64,000 bases of DNA from Amoebidium appalachense. Its lineage: Eukaryota > Protista > Ichthyosporea. The position numbers and the translations under genes are program-made. Position 1 is the first letter of the stretch; each line of letters begins with the position of its first letter. The notes beneath the pieces were generated by a model. The model was not told the DNA's origin. It saw only the letters and a program-made list of their open reading frames with translations, and ran no database searches. Below are positions 19,931 to 41,567 of the stretch, piece after piece. The DNA lies in assembly GCA_963693365.1 (NCBI GenBank), contig CAVNZM010000005.1:12857728-12921727 (forward strand), read 5' to 3'.

Positions 19931-20756
19931 CCAGGGGAGAAGGGGAGAGAGAGGGGAGGAAAGAGGGGAGAGGTGAGGAAGGGACAGGTCGGATAGAGAA
20001 GAGAGGGTGGGAGGGCAAATACTTCTTTAAGCGATATGGCTATTGCTTAGTGCGCAACCAATCAGATGCAACCGTCGCTCTGCACTCCTCTGAAGAACGC
20101 GAACGAACGAGGTTGGTTCAAAAGCGCAAAGGAAGGCTCATGGGTCACTCCTGTCCCCAAAAGTCGATGAGAAGTAGTTAGTAGCTGCAAGCAGCAAGAG
20201 GAAAAAAGGAGCGGTGTGATGGCTGGGGAGCAGCAGGTTGATCGCGAGAGCTTCTCTCTTCCCGACACGCTAGGGCTCCGAGTTGCTCTGCGCATGTTAT
20301 AAGAAACGAGATCTGGAGATCTCGTGTACGAGGCACTACACTTGATAAGGTGTGTCTAACGGTCCTCAGGCATGGGTTAACTAAAGCTGTAGGCATGTTT
20401 TTTTTATTGGTCTTTTGGTCTGTGGTTGGTCGTGCATCCACCCTGTTGTGGGTTCGGGCTTTAGGGAATTTAAACATGACAAGCGGGTTTTGTTGATAAC
20501 GGGTTTTGCCACTCTAAAGTTGTGCCTCTTGACCCTTTTAGTTGTACCAAACCTGTGTCGATGTGGGGTTAGGTCTATGACTCCTTGGGTTACGTTTGTG
20601 CTGGAGTGGGGAGGATGCATATGGGGGGAGAAACTAAGGGAAAGAGGGCGAGGGGGCCCGGGGTGGGGGGGGGGGGGAGGGGGGGGGGGAGGGTTTGAGC
20701 TGCTGGGTAGGCTGGGGGGCTTAGGCAAACGTGTGTGTGTGTGTGTGTGTTCGTGT

Positions 20757-20903
<147 letters not shown>

Positions 20904-20958
20904 TGTGTGCGCGCACACACACGCCCACTCCTATTTGCACCCCTGTCTCTCTGTGTAG

Positions 20959-23913
20959 GAAGAGTGCTTTAGTAGTGGACACGAACGAGGAGGAGTGCAC
21001 CTAAGAGTGTGTGCGAGGCTGGGTGGCTTAAAGGATATGGCCGAGATACTGCTTTCTTTTCAATCGTTGAAAACATATACCTCTGCACAGGATCAAGGAG
21101 GATACAGGGTGGGGTAGAGAGGTTCCTGGTTCCGTTTTACGTGTCGTGTATAACAAGGGACTTATGCGCAGGGTTGCTCTTAAGGAGGCCACCGAGGACA
21201 AGAAACAGGAAACCATCGACATGGTCCTGGACCTTGGCCTGCTCCCGTACCTCGTCAGCAACCTGACGGAGACACACGATGCTAAGCTCAAGCCCGAGGC
21301 ACTGGGTGCACTCGCAGACGTCCTGGGCGATGGCACCACAAAACAGACACAAAGGGTCATTGATGCAGGTGTGTTGGTTGATGTGCCCTATACCTACTCA
21401 CACCTTCACAACCGTTAAACATCGATGTGCCGTGTGGAATCTAGATTCCAAGCCATGATTAGGGGACCTGTGGATTCATGCATCAGAATGCCTTAGGCCT
21501 AGGTAGACATGGGATCGGAGGTCATGACTCAGTGTTTACATGTGTTATATGGGTCTGACCCGTACTTGTGTCGGTGTGTCTGTGCAGTCTGCCGGTGTGT
21601 GTGTGTGGGTGTGTGGGTGGGTGGGTGGGTGTGGGTGGGTAAGTGGGTGTGCCGGGTGGGTGGGTGGCACTGTGGGTGTGTGTGTGTGTGGGTGGGTGGT
21701 GCGTGTGTGTCTGTGTGTGTATGTGTGTGTCTGCACGATCGCACGGACACGCAACCACATTTTTCATTTGTTGTCTGTTCGGAAGGCTTTGGGGGAGGAG
21801 GTGGGAGGGAGGGAGGGGGGAGGGGGGGGGGGGGGGGGGAGGGACGTATCTGTTATGCGTGAGTAGGGGTGGGGTGGGTGGGGAGGGGAGGGGGGGGGGG
21901 GGGAAGGGGGGAGGGGGGGGGGGGGAAGGTATGATGCGTAAGCAGCAAAGATGTTGCATTTTTAAAAATTGGCCCTTTTCCGCAACATGTGAATCATTCT
22001 ATTTTTGCTCAGGGGCCTGGAGTCGCTCGTATGCATGTCTGTGTATGATTCTAGCATCTGTAGCAAAAGTGCTCATAGTTGTTGCTTAATAATATGCTCT
22101 AGCAGACCTATGCCGATTGGAACTTTCGACCCACATGGGAAGCGAAATCCATGCAGTTCCCCCCCCCCCCCCCTACCCCCCCCCCCCCGGCCCCGGCCTG
22201 CCGGGGAGAAAACGCACAGGGGTGATACCGCTTGTGGCCAGGCTGTTTGCCAATCCCCAGTCGGCGTTGGAGGATAGGGACTCGGTTGCAGCATTTTGTC
22301 TTGGAAACATGGCGGGGAACAGCAGGGAAGCACGTGACTTGGTGCTGGCTGAGGGTGTGGTGCCCTCCCTGTTGAGCCTTCTGAAGGAGAGGGACAGGTA
22401 TGTGGTTGGTTTGGATCAGCCAGGGTGGAGGGGAGAAATTGGGAAAAGAAAAGGGGTGGGAAGATGCTAAGGAAGGGGGTGACCATGGTCGTGCTGGTGG
22501 TTTGTTAGTTTTTGTTACTTTTCCTTTGCTTTTCCCTTCTTTCATTTTGTTTGATTGTTATTGTTGTGATCATTATGCATATATATGTGTGTGTGTTTGT
22601 GGGAGGGGGGGAGAGGGGTGGGGTGGGGGGAGACTACATTTCTCGTTGCAGCCCCATGGGCTATATATTAGCCGTGCTGGTTGGGTTGTGATGTGGTGGA
22701 TTTCAGTCTTTTCGGTAAAATGAAAGAGGTATGTTAGAGATCATGTGTTGCTTATTGACCTGTGTTTAGCAGGGTTTCCCACATGGCAATCTCTCAGTGT
22801 ACATGGCTGTGAACCCATCTTGAAGTCCTGGTCGCCTTGTATCTGTATCAGTGTACGTTTTTCACTGAACTAATCTACCCCTCCCCCCCCCCCCCTCCCC
22901 CCCCCCCCCCCCCCCCCCCCCCGGCCCCCGGGACACCTCCCATCCCTCCCCCCCCTGTTCCCCTACTCCCAACTGCTCACGCACGCACGCACGCACGCAA
23001 AGAGCGAGCACAAACACGCGCACACGCGCTCACGCACACGCACACACACATGCACACACACAGCACTAAAGGGGCACGGCGGGTTGCCGCATACACGCTC
23101 GAGAACCTTCTCTCATGGAAGCCACTACCCCCCCCTACCCGTGGTAGTCGAGATTGCATCTGGGCTGGTGTGAGTGCTGGATGCGGAAAGAAACTTCATC
23201 CCCCTAGACGTCGTGGCCTCAGCCTGCTGCCTATTGGGTATGATCATGGAGGATCGAGCAGCAATCGAGGTGGTGTTGGACAAGAATTCCGGGCTGGTGC
23301 AGTCGATGATGGGCCTATTGAGGGTTAAAAAATTTCAGACGCAGGTGGGTGTGCCCTTGCTCGTGTATGCGCTTTGAGTGCTCTGGTGCAAAGACACTGG
23401 TGGTTGGCTACCTTACCGTGTGAACTGGTGGTGGTCGTGTCAGTGGTGGTAGGAGGCCAGTCTCTGTGTGTGTGTATGTGTAGTGGGAGGCAATGGGGAG
23501 GGGGGGAGGGGGGAAGGGGGAGGGTGGAGGTTTACCTCTGTCGCGCTGTGCTCTATTGTGGCCCAAAATCAAGGAAAAAGTCCTAATTAAATCGTAAATG
23601 TGGATAGGTATGTAAATAAACTACAAATTTTACTACGTAGGTTTGTAAGTATATAGTATTTCATATACTTTCGTTTTTGTTAATCGACTTTCGGTTACCT
23701 CGATATCGATCTTGTGAAGGTTACATATCCGAGCCGTGAGGTTAAAGTGGGTTCGGTGTGCAACTGCATAACTATTCCTATGGTGGGTTTTTTGGCCTGC
23801 AACTAACATACATAACACTCTGATTGGTCAATGCAACACGTGGTCCGACATATGCCGTCTAGGTTGTAGCAGGTTGAAACTCGGTGATTTGTCGCCATTA
23901 GGTTTGTGTGTGT

Positions 23914-23976
<63 letters not shown>

Positions 23977-24410
23977 TGAGACAGCCAAAGCTTCTTGTGT
24001 CGTGTATGTGTGGGGTCTTACTTCGTTCAGAGCCCCTGACCGACACCATCTACTTCCCCCTCCCCCTGCCCCCCACACACAAACACAAAAAAACACCTCT
24101 GTCCCCCCCCCCCCCCCCCCCCCCCCCCCTCCCCCCGCCTCCTCTCTCTCTCAGCCCCCCCCCCCCCCAACCCACCCCACTCCCCCTTCTTCCCCCGCCT
24201 CCTCCCCTGTCTGCAGGCCGATGCGATGCATGCCCTTGCCTGCATGGTGTTTCTATCACCCAAACACAGAAAAGCAGCCGTGGGGTGGGGCTTGGTACCG
24301 AACCTCGTTCCTGTGCTGGAATCTCACTCCTCGTGGGCAAGGGCGGATGCAGCCTGGGCCCTCGGCAACATGTGTTTGGTGTCACACCATCATGGCATAC
24401 AGGTTTGTGT

Positions 24411-24476
<66 letters not shown>

Positions 24477-24585
24477 GGGGGGGGTGGGGAGGGGGGGGAG
24501 GGGGGGGAGATCGGGAGGCAAGCACTTAACAGCAGCATCTGTTTTTACTTTACTTGGTCTTTTTTTTGAGGAGGGGAGGGGAAGA

Positions 24586-24625
<40 letters not shown>

Positions 24626-24950
24626 AGGGAAAGTGAACTTTGTGTTGAAGTCTGTGTGTTGGTCAGGGGTCTGCTTGTATGGGCTATAGTGAGGGATGTG
24701 GGGGTGTGTATTTTCGTGGGAGATGGGATGCATGAGAGTGTGCATTTGGGCAGTACCCATGTGTTGGAGGGTTCTACGTGCATTTACCCGCGCTGTTGTT
24801 TGTTTTGTGACTAGTGTGTGGACAATGTGTAGTAAGTGTTCGGTTTTTTTTTTTTTTTTTTTTTTTTTTTGGGGGGGGGGGGGGGTTTGCCCTACATAGT
24901 ACACCTGCAACTTCACCGGCACAAAAATGCACGCTGACCATCTAATGCAT

Positions 24951-25022
<72 letters not shown>

Positions 25023-25083
25023 CGTGACATGCGTGCACGCAAGTGCATGGTGACACGTGCACACACACAATCGCGCGCGCGTG

Positions 25084-25162
<79 letters not shown>

Positions 25163-25677
25163 CTTCACACACACCCACCCTTCCCTTCCCCTCCCCGTCT
25201 CCCCCCCCCCCCCCCCCCCCTCCCCAAACACACACCTGGCACATCCACCCACCCACCCACACATACACACACATGTACAGCTGGCGCTGGATGCCAAAGC
25301 CATGCCCCTGCTCGTCAAGCTCCTACATGATGAACACGACACGGTGGTGAATCAGGCTGCCTGGAGCCTTGCCCAGTGTACCCGGGGCACATGGCCGCAG
25401 GCACAGCACCTTATAGCATGTGGGGCTGTAGGTGCCCTTGCTAAGGTGGTCAGGGGCGATATGACGCCAGACAAGAAACATGCGGTGATATCCTCTCAGG
25501 GCACTGTTCGATGTCATGCAGTTGGTGGGGGGTGCACGTGCAAGCACACGGCGTGGGTATCTGGAGGAGTTGTGTGCGGGCAGTGTTGGGGCCATTGAGA
25601 CACTTGCAGAGAGTCAGGATGTGGAGATGTCGACCGCAGCACGGCATGTGCTACGCGCAATGGAGGGGACACGTTAG
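20959..25677 (+). pseudogene. Divergent importin-alpha (karyopherin alpha)-like ARM-repeat gene, disrupted
   Basis: Exons ~21172-21369, 22220-22397, 23064-23344, 24217-24402, 25281-25677 (20959-21114 possible). They encode IDMVLDLGLLPYLV..., AAFCLGNMAGNSREARDLVLAEGVVPSLL, DAAWALGN and NQAAWSLAQ, collinear with importin-alpha ARM2-10. Lesions: frameshift in a C-run ~23128-23135, in-frame TGA 23171-23173, frameshift ~25491. No intact IBB exon found. Confidence 0.75.
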
Positions 25678-26506
25678 TGATGCGCTGTGCTTATTGACTA
25701 CGCAAGCGCTGGTTCAGTCGTGTCTCTGCAAGAAAAAGTCTCCCTGACGAGGTAACTGACTTGGTATCACGGTTTGTATAATGGTTCGACTTGATGTACG
25801 TATAGGAAGAGGAGTTCCATCGGACGCTACTGTATGATATATGTTGGGCCCCACCGCTCGTTGTAGATCGAGGGGACACTAGTAGGCTTGCCTGTCAGAA
25901 TGTTCAAATCAGACAATTCATGTGGTGTGCTTTTCCAACTCAAAGTTTGGGTGTTTGGTCATTTTCAAAGTATTTTTTTTAATGATTTTTTTCTATCTTA
26001 GTGATGCGGGCATAATTCAATATTAATCACGTCATTTACGTCATGTCTCCTGATGAACTTCATCCACAAGTATTATGCCTCAAAGTTTTCGTGTACAATA
26101 TTACGACGCAAACCTCTATCGAATTGTTCCCGTGTCAGTGATTCCTGTGATTTATTTGCCAGCTTTAGTGATGGTTGAAATCGCCCAAGCAAAAAGCAGA
26201 GCGCAAACATTCCTTGTGTAAGAGGTATATATGAGCCTGGCCATATAAGTGGCAGTGCGCTGGTTCTGGTTGAAGACTTATCGAGGACAAAATTATATAT
26301 CCGGATGGTGACCAATTTCTGAGTTTCTCTGTTCATGCAGATACTCTCCCCCGACCCCCTTTCCCCGAAACCCCCCCCCCCCCCCCCCCCCCCCTCCCCC
26401 CCCTCCCCTCACCGGGGCACCTCCCGGGCCATGATATCTTACACCCTACCGGTACCCTCCTCGGCACACAAACAGTATAGTTGGTGACACATGCACACAC
26501 CCTCTT

Positions 26507-26538
<32 letters not shown>

Positions 26539-26618
26539 ATCCCCCCCCTCTACCCCCTCCCCGTACTGCCACCCCCTCGATCCCCTCCCTCCTCTCCTCT
26601 CCCCCCGGACATCATGTA

Positions 26619-26724
26619 CAGATGCCGTCCGCCATTAAGAACTCCCCTAAAAAGGTGGTCGCGGTGCATATATTCTTAAAGTTTTTGCATGGCCACCATC
26701 ATATTCTTAAATGGCACGGGACCC

Positions 26725-26759
<35 letters not shown>

Positions 26760-26923
26760 GGGGGGAGACATGCCATTGGGGAGGGGAGGGTTGGGGTGTG
26801 TGTGTTGGACGGGGAGGGAGGGGGGGAAAAGAGGGGGGGGCGCGGGGAGGGGGGGGGGAGGGGGGAAGGGGGGAGAGGGGGGAGGGGGGAGACATGGGGA
26901 GGGGAGGGGTGTGTGTGTGTGTA

Positions 26924-26958
<35 letters not shown>

Positions 26959-27073
26959 GTCCGCCATTAAGAACATCCCAAAATCTGACTGCGGTGCATA
27001 TTCTTAAAAAAAAAACGACTTGGCCGCTAGAGTATTCTTATTGGCGGGCATTCTTAATGGTGGGCGGTATCTG
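26619..27073. mobile_element. Tc1/mariner(pogo)-type MITE
   Basis: TA|CAGATGCCGTCCGCCATTAAGAA ... TTCTTAATGGTGGGCGGTATCTG|TA: 23-bp imperfect TIR (3 mismatches) with a TA duplication. An internal subterminal repeat GTCCGCCATTAAGAAC lies at ~26959. Confidence 0.75.
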
Positions 27074-27203
27074 TATTTACAGATACTGAGGCCAATAAGG
27101 ATTTCCCCAATTTCTGGTTGTCATGCAAGTCCTTGGCTTTTTTTTTTTTTTTTTTTTTTTTTTTCCTGGGTGGTGGTGGTGGTGCACGGTTGAAGGAGGA
27201 GAA

Positions 27204-27243
<40 letters not shown>

Positions 27244-27707
27244 CACAGTCCTATGTGCTATGAGCATGAATCCCTCAAATATTAAAGTGGCCGCACGAAG
27301 CAGGTTTATAAAGAAATCTTCCTATTGGTGGAAGCCATTTAAATTTGTACGTGTGCACACACACCACCAACACGGGTGCTGGTTTTATGTCACAGTGAAA
27401 GTTGTTCCTGACACCTGGGACCAGGTGGGGAAAATGTAGACTTACTGTAGGGGGAGGGGGGGGGGTATATCGGAACCAGAATAATAATATGTGTGCAGTG
27501 CGCGCGACGGCAGTGTGCACTGGAAAAGGAAACATTGCATACCTTTCCTGGCACGGGTTCAAACTGGGACTCGGTGACACCATGGCATACAGGCCATTAA
27601 GGATTCAGATAATTCATTAAATACTATACAGTACTAGAATTCTAGGGAAAATAAAGTTTCCAGACTGGACTACCGAGTCTGGGGGAAAAAAAAGATAACA
27701 TTAAAAG

Positions 27708-27741
<34 letters not shown>

Positions 27742-27956
27742 GGAGAGCGAGGCTCTGACTTCCCGATCAAGTATGATGACTTTTTGTGTGTATGAAACTG
27801 TGTGCAAATGTGTGTGTGGTTTACCGTGTACATCACCGTTTTTGTTTACCTGTGACATGTCGGGTTGTGTTTGTGTGCGGTGTGTGTGCGGTGTGTGTGT
27901 GTGTGTGTGTGTGTTTGTGCCGTGTGTGTGTTAGTCTGTGTGTGTGTGTGTGTGCG

Positions 27957-28002
<46 letters not shown>

Positions 28003-28068
28003 TGTGTATGTGTGTGTGTGTGTGTGTGTGCCAGTGTGTGTGACACTGTGTGTGTGTGTCACGGTGTG

Positions 28069-28108
<40 letters not shown>

Positions 28109-28265
28109 CGCACGCGACTGCATGTGCGCGTGGCTGATGTCACAGTGTGTATGTCACGGTGTTTGTTTGTAGGTTTCTTTGTTTGTTTGTGCACATCTGG
28201 TACCACGGCGCGCGCGCGCGCACGCGTGTGTGTGGATGTGTGTGGGTGTGTGTGGGTGTTTGTGT

Positions 28266-28308
<43 letters not shown>

Positions 28309-28506
28309 TGTATGTGTTCGTGTGTTTGTGTGTGTGTGTGCGCGCCACGTGACGTGCGTGTGTGCGCGCGCATGCACGTGTGCGTGTGTGCTCGTTTCAC
28401 GTGCACTTAAAAATCAAATCCAATCCCAAGTTGTGCCTCAACGGTAATCAATCAAACAAGATTTTCAATACTAAAAAAACAACTTCGAACGAATCATACT
28501 CAGATT

Positions 28507-28547
<41 letters not shown>

Positions 28548-28776
28548 GCCCCCTTTCAAATTCATTCTCTTCTTCTTCTTCTTCTTCTTTTGTTTTTTTA
28601 AAGAACCCCTGCAATAGCGATTATTGGGGGTATATGAGGCAGGAGTAGGGGGGATACAGTACTACACACACACACACACCAGCACCCACCCACCCACCTA
28701 CACACCCACACACACTCACACAGGCGCGCGCACACACACACGCACAATCACACACAGTCACACACACACACGCACA

Positions 28777-28809
<33 letters not shown>

Positions 28810-29210
28810 GCACACGCACACACACACGCGCGCACACACACACGCACACAATGTGCACAACGGGTATACTAGTATACTAAACTTTTCATGATCGAAGTTG
28901 GCAACTTTGTTCAAGATGGCCGTTGCCGACGCCTGCCGGGCTGTGCACAGTTACCAAAACAAGCTATCGTTTATCCATATATAGCAAGATATGTATGTCC
29001 ATATTTGGAAGGCAAAAGATTCTGCCCGCAGCCGCACTGCAGCAGAACCGTTGATCAGTCGGCAAATTTGCAAAGCCGTGCAGATAACGTTAGCAGCCTG
29101 ATGTTACAGTAGTGCGTGCCCCCTACGCTACACGCACACGTACACTAGCACCCAGTATAATTGCAGGCCCACTAGACCACTGCACCGCCAACCTGCACCT
29201 TGCAGACAAC

Positions 29211-38452
<9,242 letters not shown>

Positions 38453-39248
38453 GCCCACTTTTAAATTAACTTTAAAGTTAGTTTTTATTCGTTTAAAATG
38501 AGTGCATGTGTGGGCTTAGATTTTGTACAAGTCATGCACCACTATAGGCCCAGGCTGCAAGACCAACCTTATCAAGTTTATACAGAATAGGCAGTGGCTG
38601 TCATGGTATTATTCCGTAGCGCTCTTTGTAGTCTGTGACTGTCCGCACTGACTCTGACACGACAAAATGTTGTTACACCGTGCTAGCAAGGGTTCAAGTT
38701 TACTTGGCCGTCTTGGTACGACTGCAGAATCATGTGTGTGCACCTGCCTCCTTGTATGTGTGCTTTCTCGTTACATTGTGTACGTGTGGTTTTCGCTCCA
38801 TTGGGCATTGAATTTTTGTGGCCGGATTTTAAACCCGTCCGAAGGCTTCCATGCAGCTCAGCCGGGTTTGGTGTGTGGGTGTTTGTGGAGCGATGCATTG
38901 TGGATAGATGCATGGGATGTGGTTTGTCTCGGGCTGTGAGGATTCTAGTCATAGTTGGCAGTTAGCAGTTACCATTTTTGGCAACTTTAAGGAGCCAAAC
39001 TTTGTCTTTGAGATGTGGTGACACTGTGGATAGTTGACTATGTTTGGATGTCATGTCATATTGACATATCATTAAACTCCAAAGTATGATGTAACCGTGC
39101 CAGCCTTCTGTCCATGCACACATGATGCATGTTGATCATGTAGTGTGTGTACGTGTGTGTGACCCTATCTGTCTATGATATATGACCTGCAACATGAGTG
39201 ATAAACTTTACTTTAGATAGCTTTAGATAGTATGCCATTGGCATAGAC

Positions 39249-39300
<52 letters not shown>

Positions 39301-39307
39301 ACCCCCA

Positions 39308-39342
<35 letters not shown>

Positions 39343-39608
39343 AAGAAAAAAGAAAAAAGAAAAAACCTACTTGAAAAAAAAAAGAGAAGTTCAACGAAAA
39401 CAAAACAGCGTTCCAGCCTCTTCAAAGAAAAAGAAACCCGTCAGTAATATATGCTGCTATAGTTTCTGCTCCCACCCCTCCCACCCCACCCTACTATGCA
39501 TACCGAGTCTTCATTTGTATTTTGCACTCTGATGAGAGTGTTGACAACAGTCCGTTGTTTATGTGTTTTCGTGAAACATTCAGCCCTCCCCCCCCCTCCC
39601 TCCCTTCC

Positions 39609-39659
<51 letters not shown>

Positions 39660-39835
39660 CGCCCACAAAAAAAGAAAGGAAGGAAAGAAAGCCTTTGAAT
39701 GAAAGGAAAAAACACCGTGGCAGAGGGAAAAATCCAACCCACTGGATGGTCAAGGCTTCAACCGAAAAAAAAAAAGCTCTCTCTCTGCTTGAGACCCGCG
39801 AGGTCGGAGACTCTCCCTCTCCCTCTCACGGTTGT

Positions 39836-40215
<380 letters not shown>

Positions 40216-40299
40216 TTTTTTGTGGTGGTATTGGTACCCACGTGGTCATGGTGGTGTTGTTGTGCACGGTGGTGGTGCCACGCGTACGGTGTGTGTGTA

Positions 40300-40334
<35 letters not shown>

Positions 40335-40560
40335 CGTCGGCTGCTATATCTATGGGCCGTAGTACAGCTCAGGATCGTACATCATTGAGGTGCCGCGAGT
40401 GGCCCGGCTATATGTGCATGGGACTGTTGATCAAGTGCAGCGGAGTCATTGCACTCGGTCAATGATTTTGGCTAGCTAGTGCAATCATCATTTTGGCCGC
40501 TAGTCATTGCACTCGGTCAATGATGATCATGATCTCATCAAGCAGCTTGATGAGATCATG

Positions 40561-40756
40561 GGGGGTTTACGCTGTTTACTCGAGGCAAAGAGAACCAGTC
40601 TCAGGTATGGGGGGGGGGGGTTTGCTCGGAATATCCCCTCAGCGGTATATCATGATCACGTACATAGATGTCGGGTGGTGACTATATATCAGGGTTTACT
40701 TTCTCTACGAGACACCATAAAGACTACAAGGAGAAATCGATTAGTTGGGGTTCCCC

Positions 40757-40796
<40 letters not shown>

Positions 40797-40828
40797 GGGC
40801 TCCCCTCGGGACACTCGGTATCAGCTGG

Positions 40829-40907
<79 letters not shown>

Positions 40908-41239
40908 TGCGCTATAATTTTGTAGTGATGTGTTTCTCAAGCCAATCAATACATCTAATAAACAGGTCGTAGTTACGCGTGTTTAGTATAAAATCAAGGA
41001 TGTTGTAATTTACAGGTAGGCTATCTTTCTGGGTGTCTGTTGTGAATGTGACGTGTGTGTGTTGCGGTATTATGTGGTCTATCAAACTACATTTGGCGAT
41101 ACATGACCGGTTAAACTGGTGTGTGTGTGTGTTGTTTGGGCATGCAAATGATGCCACCTTATACTTATTAGATCTCCACTGTATAGCACGTGTACAGTAA
41201 AAGCGTGGTAATTGATCAATAATACCATCAGCTAGAGAA
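40561..41239 (-). mobile_element. 5'-truncated non-LTR retrotransposon 3' end, copy 2, with target-site duplication
   Basis: Near-identical to 18999-19659. Flanked by the direct repeat TGAGATCATG (40551-40560 and 41240-41249) exactly where homology with copy 1 stops. Confidence 0.82.
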
Positions 41240-41333
41240 TGAGATCATGATCAGGGCGGCGGCCAATTCTTGAACTAAGTCTTGCGGCACTGCACATGTG
41301 ACAACGTTACATGTGCCCCCGTGGGAATGATAT

Positions 41334-41567
41334 CACACACACAACCAGCTGATACCGAGTGTCCCAGGGGAGCCCGAAAAAAAAAAAAAAAAAAAGGGAA
41401 AAAAAACAAACGGGGAACCCCAACTAATTGATTTTTCTTAGGCTTTATAGGCTCGTATGTAGAGAAAGTAAACCCTGATATATAATCATCATCACCCGGC
41501 CCGACGAGCAAAACCCCCCATACCTGAGACTGGTCTCTCTTTGCCTCGAGTAAACAGCGTAAACCCC
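41334..41567 (+). mobile_element. Short 3'-UTR-only copy of a related non-LTR subfamily, copy 3
   Basis: Diverged reverse complement of 40561-40835; ends CAGCGTAAACCCC. GAATGATAT occurs on both flanks (possible TSD). Confidence 0.7.

Noticed and set aside
20040-20350. Possible IBB or first exon of the importin-alpha-like gene
   Set aside because: Basic stretch is present, but all frames contain stops and no RRRR/KRR IBB motif is recognisable.
40561-41567. 1-kb MITE with long TIRs
   Set aside because: The left part has its own TSD and a longer sibling with an ORF remnant at 19 kb, so it is better explained as two independent LINE insertions.
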